From Dehalococcoidia bacterium (GTDB lineage Bacteria; Chloroflexota; Dehalococcoidia; SM23-28-2; RBG-16-64-32), in the NCBI GenBank assembly GCA_040877915.1, contig JBBDNA010000008.1, positions 37,846 to 101,845 of the forward strand: a stretch of DNA of 64,000 nt. Reading direction: 5' to 3'. Shown in pieces: positions 8,337-15,266 of this stretch (position 1 is the stretch's first letter; the number at the start of each line of letters is the position of its first letter). The notes beneath the pieces were generated by a model that saw only the letters and a list, made by a program, of their open reading frames with translations, made no database searches and had not been told where the DNA came from. The position numbers were made by a program, and so were the translations under genes.

Positions 8337-9563
8337 CTAGAACAGCTCCGATGGGTACGGCGGATGGTCCACGCCCAGTATCCGGTCGGCCAGCGCCACC
8401 GCCTCCGCGCCCTCTCCCTGGGCCAGGCCGGAGCGCACCGCCTCGCTGGGCCGCAGGTAGCCGTTGTACATCGCCGCGAACGCCGCCGCGTCGGTCGAGA
8501 GGCCGGCCGCGCCGGTCGTCTTCGCCGCGCTCAGCTTCCCGCCCGCGCACTCGATCCGCCACGTCCCCTGGTTCCAGGGCGCCGCCGCGTCCGAGATCGC
8601 TACCGTGAACGCCCCCTCCGGCGCGTCCGCAGACGGCGGCCGTTGCCCCATCGCGGCTTCGATATCCACGATCCGCAGCATGAAGCCGTAGAATTGCTCT
8701 CGCTTCACGTTCCACGGCTCGTCGACCGTCAGCGTCAGCGGCGAGTTACCTGGCGCCCACATCGTGATCTCCCGCGCCAGGTCGTGCGACAGCAGGTAGC
8801 GCAGCAGCCCCTCGTGGGCGTCCCCGTCCAGGGCGACGAACTCCTCCACGTGAACCCTGCCGCCGGACTCGCCTATCGGGGCGTTTTCGTTGAACGTCCG
8901 GTAGACGATGTACCCCCGCGGCTCGCCGTCCTCGCCCGACCACATCGCCACGTCGTTCGGGACGCGCTTCTCGTCGTAGATACGGCGGAAGAACGCCTCC
9001 CGCCACCAGCCCTCGTCGCGGTCCAGGTAGCCGTTGCGCGGGGCCGCGAACCGTTTGTACAGCTCCGCCACCGCCGGCCAGTCCTCCTCCGTCAGCCGCT
9101 GTGCGCTCCCCTTCGGGCGGGCCGCGCTGATCGGCGCGATCTCCTTGGGCCGGAACTTGTGCAGCACCGCGTCCGAGGCGAACATCCAGCCGTAGCGGCG
9201 GTACAGCGAGGGGTGCGGCGTGTGCAGCGCCGAAAGCGGCTGGCCGTCCTCGCGCATCCGCTCCAGGGCGTAACGTAACAGCTGCCCCACGTACCCCTTG
9301 CGCCGGTGCTCCGGCAGGCAGGCAACACCCACGACACCGCCCAGCGGTAGCGACGCTCCCTGGAGGAACATTCGCAGCCGGAACACGGTCAGGCAGGCCA
9401 CCATCTCGCCATCCTCGTACAGACCGTAGGCCTGCCCGAACTGGTCCAGGTAGCCCGTCCGCTCGTGCATGTCGTCCGAGCGGTCGCCGGTGAACGCGTA
9501 GGAGAGGATGACCTGCGCGCGAGGGCGTTCCTCTTCGCTGACGGGGCGTATCTCCACTGCCAT
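8337..9563 (-). CDS. Eis-like GNAT family N-acetyltransferase (GNAT + SCP2-like C-terminal domain)
   Basis: GNAT acetyl-CoA motif RRKGYVGQLL. The length (~408 aa) and C-terminal region are typical of enhanced-intracellular-survival-type acetyltransferases. I place the start at ATG 9563 (MAVEIRPVSEEE) rather than the ORF-track start at 9608. Confidence 0.75.
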   Translation of the reverse strand: MAVEIRPVSEEERPRAQVILSYAFTGDRSDDMHERTGYLDQFGQAYGLYEDGEMVACLTVFRLRMFLQGASLPLGGVVGVACLPEHRRKGYVGQLLRYALERMREDGQPLSALHTPHPSLYRRYGWMFASDAVLHKFRPKEIAPISAARPKGSAQRLTEEDWPAVAELYKRFAAPRNGYLDRDEGWWREAFFRRIYDEKRVPNDVAMWSGEDGEPRGYIVYRTFNENAPIGESGGRVHVEEFVALDGDAHEGLLRYLLSHDLAREITMWAPGNSPLTLTVDEPWNVKREQFYGFMLRIVDIEAAMGQRPPSADAPEGAFTVAISDAAAPWNQGTWRIECAGGKLSAAKTTGAAGLSTDAAAFAAMYNGYLRPSEAVRSGLAQGEGAEAVALADRILGVDHPPYPSELF

Positions 9564-9616
9564 GGCCCGTCGATTATAGCGGCTGCCGTGGACCCGGTCA
9601 CGATGCATCTTTTGGT

Positions 9617-9645
9617 TTGACCGGTGATTGGGCCCCCGCTATCAT
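9617..9645 (+). promoter_or_regulatory. putative sigma70-type promoter of the Fe-S oxidoreductase gene
   Basis: TTGACC (9617-9622), a 17-nt spacer, then TATCAT (9640-9645), lying 44 nt upstream of ATG 9689. Confidence 0.4.
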
Positions 9646-9688
9646 AGGGTCGGATTTCGGCTAGCGAACCTGTATAAATCGAGGCTCA

Positions 9689-11782
9689 ATGGCGCCATCA
9701 ACCGAGTTTCCCGGCAACGTCTTCTTCGCCCTCTTCTTCTTCGGATTCGTAGCCTTCTTCCTCTACTCCGCCGGCATCCGCTTCCGCTGGTTCGCCCGCG
9801 GCCAGTGGGTCAACCGGTTCACAGACCCCATCGTCCGCACCATCGGCCTCATACCCTGGGTGCTGGGCAACGCCCGCGTCACCCGGCCCAGGTACTGGTA
9901 CTCCGGCGTCCTCCACTCGCTGATCTTCTGGGGGTTCGTCGCCCTGCAGATCCGCACCGTCAACTTCCTGCTCAACGGCATCGATCACGACGTCAGCCTG
10001 GAGCACCTCCTCGGCGACGTCTACACCATAGGGCTGCGACCGGTGATGGACGTGTTCAACCTTCTGGTCATCGTCGGCGTGCTGATGGCCGCCTACCAGC
10101 GGTTCTTCGTCCGACCGTCCCGCCTGACTTTGAACTACGACGCCTGGATCATCCTCGGCCTCATCTTCTGGCTCATGGTCACCGACATCTTCACCAACAG
10201 CGCCGAGATCGTCCTCTTCGACCCTGAGAACGCCGAGGCGTCGTTCCTGGCCTACGGCCTCGCCGAGTTCTGGAAGGAGATCGGCTTCAGCGGCGAGAGC
10301 ATGGAGGCGTTCCACACCGTCTTCTGGTACCAGCACCTCCTCACCTTCCTCACCTTCCTCGTCTACCTCCCCTACTCCAAGCACTCCCACGTCCTGACCA
10401 TCGTCCCTAACGTCTTCTTCCGCTCCCTCCAGCCCAGCGGCGTCCTGCACCCGATCAAGGACTTCGAGTCCGCTGAGAGCTTCGGCGCCGGCAAGCTGGA
10501 GCAGTTCAACTGGAAGCAGATGCTGGACTCCTACACCTGTACCGAGTGCGGCCGCTGCACCGCCGCCTGCCCGGCGAACATCACCGGCAAGACCCTCTCC
10601 CCCAAGGAGATCATCGTCGATATCCGCCACCTCCTCGAGGAGCAGGTCCCCGCCCTGTCACCCTCCACCCACCGGCCCGAGCAGCCCACGCCCCTCATCG
10701 ACGGCGTCGGCTTCGAGCCGATCTGGGACTGCGTCACCTGCGGCGCCTGCATGTACGAGTGCCCCGTCTTCATCGAGCACGTCCCCACGATCATGGACAT
10801 GCGCCGCTACCTGGTGATGGAAGAATCGCGCATGCCGGAGACGGCCCAGGCCACCCTCATGCAACTGGAGCAGCGCGGCCACCCCTGGCGCGGCGCCCAG
10901 CTCACCCGCACCAGCTGGATCGAGGAGATGGCCGCCGCGGGCGTCGATATCCCCATTTTCGACGGCTCACAGGAGTACCTGTTCTGGGTCGGCTGCTCCG
11001 GCGCCCTCCAGGAGCGCAACGTCAAGGTCACCCAGGCCACCACCCGCCTGCTGCTGGAGGCCGGCGTCAGCTTCGGCGTCCTGGCCGGCGAGGAGGGCTG
11101 CTCCGGCGACCCCGCCCGGCGTCTGGGTAACGAGTACCTGTACCAGATGCAGGCGGAGGCCAACATCGAGGCCTTCAAGACGAAGGGCGTCCAGAAGGTC
11201 CTGACGATGTGCCCGCACTGCTTCAACACCATGCAGCACGAGTACCCCCAGTTCGGCGGCAAGTTCGAGGTCATCCACCACGCCGTCTTCCTGGAGCAGC
11301 TGATCGCCCAGGGCAAGCTGCGACCCGACTCCTCGAACGGCCTATCGAGCAAGACGGCGACGTACCACGACCCCTGCTACATCGCCCGCCACAACGACAT
11401 CATCGACGAGCCGCGACGCGTCGTCGCCGCCACCGGCGCCAAACAGACGGAGATGCCGCGCTGCAAGAAGGGGACGTTCTGCTGCGGCGCCGGCGGCGCT
11501 CACATGTGGGTCGAGGAGTCCGGCGGCAAGCGCATCAACCACGCCCGCACCGAGGAGGCGTTCGAGACCGACGCCGACATCATCGCCGTGGCCTGCCCCT
11601 TCTGCATGCAGATGTTCGAGGAGGGCGTGGGCTCCGTCCCCGCCGCCGCCGCGAAGGGCGTGCAGGTCTTCGACCTCTCGGAACTGCTGGACATGTCCAT
11701 AGCCTACGGCAAGCCCATGGCCGCGCCCGCGCCCCCGCCGGCGGTCCCGCCGCCGGAGCAGCCCTCCGCTCCCGCCGAGTAG
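9689..11782 (+). CDS. fused membrane (NarI/DsrM-like) + heterodisulfide-reductase-D-like Fe-S oxidoreductase (two 4Fe-4S motifs, two CCG-type Cys-rich regions)
   Basis: 697 aa. The N-terminal ~260 aa have about 6 hydrophobic helices with conserved His. Ferredoxin motifs CTECGRCTAACP and CVTCGACMYECP are followed by the Cys-rich segments CPHCFNT, CCGAGG and CPFCMQM. A Pro/Ala tail ends the protein. Confidence 0.8.
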   Translation: MAPSTEFPGNVFFALFFFGFVAFFLYSAGIRFRWFARGQWVNRFTDPIVRTIGLIPWVLGNARVTRPRYWYSGVLHSLIFWGFVALQIRTVNFLLNGIDHDVSLEHLLGDVYTIGLRPVMDVFNLLVIVGVLMAAYQRFFVRPSRLTLNYDAWIILGLIFWLMVTDIFTNSAEIVLFDPENAEASFLAYGLAEFWKEIGFSGESMEAFHTVFWYQHLLTFLTFLVYLPYSKHSHVLTIVPNVFFRSLQPSGVLHPIKDFESAESFGAGKLEQFNWKQMLDSYTCTECGRCTAACPANITGKTLSPKEIIVDIRHLLEEQVPALSPSTHRPEQPTPLIDGVGFEPIWDCVTCGACMYECPVFIEHVPTIMDMRRYLVMEESRMPETAQATLMQLEQRGHPWRGAQLTRTSWIEEMAAAGVDIPIFDGSQEYLFWVGCSGALQERNVKVTQATTRLLLEAGVSFGVLAGEEGCSGDPARRLGNEYLYQMQAEANIEAFKTKGVQKVLTMCPHCFNTMQHEYPQFGGKFEVIHHAVFLEQLIAQGKLRPDSSNGLSSKTATYHDPCYIARHNDIIDEPRRVVAATGAKQTEMPRCKKGTFCCGAGGAHMWVEESGGKRINHARTEEAFETDADIIAVACPFCMQMFEEGVGSVPAAAAKGVQVFDLSELLDMSIAYGKPMAAPAPPPAVPPPEQPSAPAE

Positions 11783-11820
11783 CGAATCAAGGCCGGCGCC
11801 CGCGGTAGAGCCTTCCTCAC

Positions 11821-11880
11821 TCCCGTGGGTCGAGGCCCCAGCCTCGACCGGGCAGGGCCGGGCCCTGCCCTACGTTTGCA
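11821..11880. repeat. double-hairpin REP-like unit
   Basis: ggtcgaggc-ccca-gcctcgacc (9-bp stem), then gcagggcc-gg-gccctgc, then ctacgtttgc. The architecture and flanks match the 89-bp units at 45081-45258. Confidence 0.7.
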
Positions 11881-11898
11881 CGATTCGCAGCGCACGCT

Positions 11899-11970
11899 AC
11901 CCCGGCCCCGTGACCGTGGACTGGCCCACCGGGCGTCGTCGCCGGGCCGTACAGCTGCCGCACCCGCACC
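11899..11970 (-). pseudogene. orphan duplicate of the 3' end of the adaptor-like phage gene (12095-12730)
   Basis: ccccggccccgtgaccgtggactggcccaccgggcgtcgtcgccgggccgtacagctgccgcacccgcac aligns by eye at roughly 80% identity with 12095-12165 (ctacggcccagtaaccgtcgactggtccaccggcgtggtcgccgggccgtacagctgccggacgcgaac). No upstream coding continuation. Confidence 0.6.
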
Positions 11971-12094
11971 AAAGGAAGAGGCGCTCCCAAGCCCATGTAG
12001 TCGCGGGGGTGCGGCGATGAGACTCAGAAAGCGCCGATGGTATAACGCCGAGACGCGCTAACCGTTACTATGTGGCCGGACGGCCGCCCCGCCA

Positions 12095-12730
12095 CTACGG
12101 CCCAGTAACCGTCGACTGGTCCACCGGCGTGGTCGCCGGGCCGTACAGCTGCCGGACGCGAACGGCGTTGCGACGCCCGTGCTCGGCCAGCGCCTGCTGG
12201 AACTGCGCGAGCCGCTCCTGGCCCCAGGCCAGGTAATCGCGCCAGACGTCCTTCCCGCCCACGTTCACCCGGTTCGTCGCGAACGACGACCACTCCAGCG
12301 CCGCGTACGCCCCCGCGCCGGTCGCCACCACGTCCTCCAGGCGCGACGGCAGCGTCGAGCTGGACCCGTCCAGCGTGTGCAGCTTCGTGTAGTACACGTT
12401 GACGCCCTCCACCTCCGCCGGCGTCGACTCGATCAGCAGCGTCAGCGTGGACAGCCACACCGAGTACCGCACGTACGAGGGCGGGTACTCCCCCAGCGGG
12501 TACTCCACCGCCTCCACCGCTACAAGGTCGGCCAGCCCGGCGATCGAGACGTCACGGCTCCCCGCCGTCGTGCTCAGCGCCGCCTTGGCCTCCAGCGGCA
12601 GCGACAGGCTGAAGTCCCGCACCGCCCGCTGGATGTGCCGGTCCAGCTCGGAGTCCGTCCAGCGCTCGTTGGTCGCGTCCTCGTCGTGCAAATCCGCGCG
12701 AACGCGGTCCCGCATCTCGTCCAGGTCCAT
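12095..12730 (-). CDS. phage-like structural protein (head-tail adaptor/connector-like), function uncertain
   Basis: 211 aa with good coding appearance. The N-terminus MDLDEMRDRVRADLHDEDATNERWTDSELDRHIQRA resembles the gp6-type connector N-terminal pattern. It is the last gene of a same-strand run behind a capsid gene. Confidence 0.45.
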   Translation of the reverse strand: MDLDEMRDRVRADLHDEDATNERWTDSELDRHIQRAVRDFSLSLPLEAKAALSTTAGSRDVSIAGLADLVAVEAVEYPLGEYPPSYVRYSVWLSTLTLLIESTPAEVEGVNVYYTKLHTLDGSSSTLPSRLEDVVATGAGAYAALEWSSFATNRVNVGGKDVWRDYLAWGQERLAQFQQALAEHGRRNAVRVRQLYGPATTPVDQSTVTGP

Positions 12731-12739
12731 CTCGTCCTC

Positions 12740-12994
12740 CTACAGCTCCTGCAGCAACCGCTCGCGCTCCGACCGCGCCGCCAGGGCCAGCGAGTTGCTC
12801 GCCTCGTCCTCCGCCTCCTTGCGTAGCCGCTCCACCGCCGAAGCCATGTCCCCGGCGATGGCGATCTCCTTCAGGTGCAGCTCCATCCAGGCCAGCAGGT
12901 CCAGGCTGGCGCCGTTCGCCGCGTTGGCGCGGTTCACTTCGGCCTGCAGCTTGGCCGCCGCCTTGTCGCTGAGCTCTATCGTGAACTCGGGCAT
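12740..12994 (-). CDS. small coiled-coil phage-associated protein
   Basis: 84 aa starting at ATG 12994, preceded by GGAGGAGA. The ORF-track start at 13060 overlaps the upstream gene. Predicted helical, charged (MPEFTIELSDKAAAKLQAEVNRANA...). Confidence 0.5.
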   Translation of the reverse strand: MPEFTIELSDKAAAKLQAEVNRANAANGASLDLLAWMELHLKEIAIAGDMASAVERLRKEAEDEASNSLALAARSERERLLQEL

Positions 12995-13005
12995 CGAATC
13001 TCCTC

Positions 13006-14079
13006 CTACACCGCTACCATGATCCTGTCGCCGGCGGCCAGAGTGCCGAAGTCCTTCCACTCGTGGCGACGAAGCGTGCTGACCCCGTTCTCGTTGAAGG
13101 TCGCCAGGACACGGCTTCGTCCCCTGTCCGCGCCCGGGTTGGTCGGCGCGTTGGCCTCCACGCGAAGGTTGGGCAGCGAGCCGATCGTGCCGCCGGCCTC
13201 GATGACACGGCGGAAGCCGGTGTTGGCCGTGAGGTCGTCGATGCGCAGGCCGTAGGCGTCGGCGATGCGGTTGGAGGGGGCGCTGTCACCGATGCGCAGA
13301 CCGGTCGAGAGCGTCGTCGTCGACGAGGGGGCGGCGTAGAACGGGGCCTGGATATAGCCGCCCATCATGTCGGTAACGGTGCCGGTGAAGTTAAGCAGCC
13401 CGACGCGGACCATGATCCCGGCCTCGCGGGAGACCGTCGCGCCGCTGCCGCCGGCGATGACGAGAGCGTAGCTCAGGGCGTCCCAGGTCTGGCCGGTGGT
13501 GCCAGCCCCCACGGTGCCCAGCGGGGCGCCAACCACGCCGAACATGGCCTGCGTGTTCCCGCTGAGCGTGAGCCCCGACGGTTGGGCCTGGATGACGCCG
13601 ACGTTGCCCGACGAGAAGGTCCCGCCGATCTGGACGTCGAGGGCGATGTTGGTGACGGGAAGCTTGCCGACGCCCAGGGTGTTGGGGATGTTGACGTTGC
13701 CGCTCAGGACGATGTGCGGCAGCGCGGTCTGGAACAAGGCCCGCTCCGTCCCCGCCACTTTCACGCGGACCTTGTCCTCGTCCGCGGACTGCTCGGTGTC
13801 GACGGAGGTGTCGGCGTCCGCGTCCTGTATCTTCGACCCGCCACCGCCGCCGCCCGAGGGCAGCGCCCCGTGCACCTCCAGCACGACCGCATCCGCCGGG
13901 TTGTGCTCGTCCAGGAACAGCACGGAGCACGACCGTCCCGCCACCACGTCGGCCGCCGGCACGTCCGTGGCCACCGGCACGCCGTCCAGCCACACCCCCA
14001 GCGATCCGGCGATCTGCACTGAGGCCTTGTGCGAGCCCGCGTCGTACGACTTTACTGTTGCTCGTCTGATTTCTGGCAT
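13006..14079 (-). CDS. phage-like spike/fibre protein (N-terminal gpV/gp45-like OB-fold, Gly6 linker, beta-rich C-terminus)
   Basis: 357 aa. The N-terminus ATVKSYDAGSHKASVQIAGSLGVWLDGVPVATDV...CSVLFLDEHNPADAVVLEV resembles baseplate-spike (Phage_base_V-like) OB domains. It is followed by GGGGGG and repetitive G/T/V-rich beta segments. Confidence 0.45.
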   Translation of the reverse strand: MPEIRRATVKSYDAGSHKASVQIAGSLGVWLDGVPVATDVPAADVVAGRSCSVLFLDEHNPADAVVLEVHGALPSGGGGGGSKIQDADADTSVDTEQSADEDKVRVKVAGTERALFQTALPHIVLSGNVNIPNTLGVGKLPVTNIALDVQIGGTFSSGNVGVIQAQPSGLTLSGNTQAMFGVVGAPLGTVGAGTTGQTWDALSYALVIAGGSGATVSREAGIMVRVGLLNFTGTVTDMMGGYIQAPFYAAPSSTTTLSTGLRIGDSAPSNRIADAYGLRIDDLTANTGFRRVIEAGGTIGSLPNLRVEANAPTNPGADRGRSRVLATFNENGVSTLRRHEWKDFGTLAAGDRIMVAV

Positions 14080-14097
14080 GACCGTTTCTTGGTGCGC

Positions 14098-14163
14098 AGA
14101 GGCAGGGCCGGCCCGATCCTTCGACAGGCTCAGGACGAGCGGGCCGGGCCGGCCCTACGACGC
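14098..14163. repeat. hairpin repeat (gcagggccggccc...gggccgggccggccctacg) carrying a half-copy of the ctgagc/tcgaaggg element
   Basis: It fills the 83-bp gap between the capsid and spike-like genes. The inner ccttcgacaggctcaggacgagcgg equals the right arm of the element at 29777-29842. Confidence 0.6.
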
Positions 14164-15050
14164 TAGGGGCGAACACCTATCAGCCGCGCCAGCTTCACGG
14201 TGTTGAACAGCGCCAGCGACGAGTACCACTTGATCCGCGTCCGCGTGGCGTCCTTGGCCTCCAGCGAGCCCACTCGCTCCACGCCGAGGCCGCCCGGCGC
14301 CGTGAGGCCGACGAGACCGCCTTCGCCGACCTGGAACGCGTAGATCACCGAGCAGTCCGTGCTCGTGCCTACCGTCTGGGCGTCCGAGATGTAGTCGGAC
14401 ACGCCGATGGGGATGCCGTCGTAGAACTGCAGCATCTGCCCGAACTCGTCGCGGTCGGCCTCCAGGAACGACCCCGACGTCCGCGCCAGCTTGTTGACGA
14501 TGCGCCGCGAGCGACGGCTCATCAGCAGAAGCTCCGGCTTGCCGCCCTGCACCTCGTCGATGAGCTCGTCCAGCTTGTCCAGGGTCAGCGAGCCGCCGTT
14601 GACGCCCATCGTCAGCTGTTGCGCCGGGTCGGTCAGCTTGTCCAGCCCGTCGAACGACTTCGGGTTGCCGGCCACGTCGCCGGTGACGAACGTCTGCTCG
14701 AACAGCTGCTGGACGGCCTTGGCCTTCAGCTGCACGACCGCCGTCTCCAGGTCCTGCAGGTTGGAGCGGGTGGCGATGAGGAAGTTGTCGATGTCGGCGT
14801 CACCGCCCATGATCTTGAGGTTGGCGGTTATCTGGGCGAACGTGGGCGTCGACTCCGTCCAGGAGTCGCCCACGTCGAAGAAGGCAGCCGAGGGCGCCGT
14901 CGCCTCGCGGTTGTAGGTGAGCCCGTTGCCGACGATCTCGATGAACGGCAGCCGCTGCAGGATGGGCGAGTCCTTGATGATGGTCTCGACGACGCCCACA
15001 ACGAGGATATCGTTGGACAGCTTGGCAGCTTCGGCTAGGGTGAGGGGCAT
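14163..15050 (-). CDS. HK97-fold phage major capsid protein
   Basis: 295 aa with an AAGGAGG RBS. ILQRLPFIEIVGNGLTYNRE..., FVTGDVAGNPKSFDGL, LTLDKLDELIDEV..., and the C-terminal RIKWYSSLALFNTVKLARL follow the Phage_capsid (HK97 gp5-like) pattern. Confidence 0.7.
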   Translation of the reverse strand: MPLTLAEAAKLSNDILVVGVVETIIKDSPILQRLPFIEIVGNGLTYNREATAPSAAFFDVGDSWTESTPTFAQITANLKIMGGDADIDNFLIATRSNLQDLETAVVQLKAKAVQQLFEQTFVTGDVAGNPKSFDGLDKLTDPAQQLTMGVNGGSLTLDKLDELIDEVQGGKPELLLMSRRSRRIVNKLARTSGSFLEADRDEFGQMLQFYDGIPIGVSDYISDAQTVGTSTDCSVIYAFQVGEGGLVGLTAPGGLGVERVGSLEAKDATRTRIKWYSSLALFNTVKLARLIGVRP

Positions 15051-15148
15051 TTTCGAACCTCCTTAGTCTTTCTGCAACCCGGGGGGACCGCTATGGAGTT
15101 GAGAATAGAAACTTTGTGCTATTTCTCGTAGGGGCATCTGGCAGAGAG

Positions 15149-15176
15149 TTGACAACTGCAACTGCACGTGTATCAT
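15149..15176 (+). promoter_or_regulatory. putative promoter of the helicase-nuclease gene
   Basis: TTGACA (15149-15154), a 16-nt spacer, then TATCAT (15171-15176), located in an AT-richer divergent intergenic region. Confidence 0.4.
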
Positions 15177-15266
15177 TCAGGCACCCCGCGCGGCGCCCGC
15201 ATGGATAGCTGATGGGGTTGGGTGCAGCCCTGGCCGAATGATTCCGGTCTGGAGGGTCGGTTTGAG

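Noticed and set aside
14163-15050. Encapsulin nanocompartment shell instead of a phage capsid
   Set aside because: No cargo-type gene (DyP, ferritin-like or similar) or targeting peptide lies next to it. The neighbours look like spike, adaptor and tail-hub proteins, and the N-terminus follows the phage MCP pattern. This cannot be fully excluded without profile searches.
15222-15266. GTG 15222 as the helicase start
   Set aside because: It is possible, but it has no SD, whereas ATG 15267 has GGAGGG at the proper distance. I report 15267 and flag the uncertainty.
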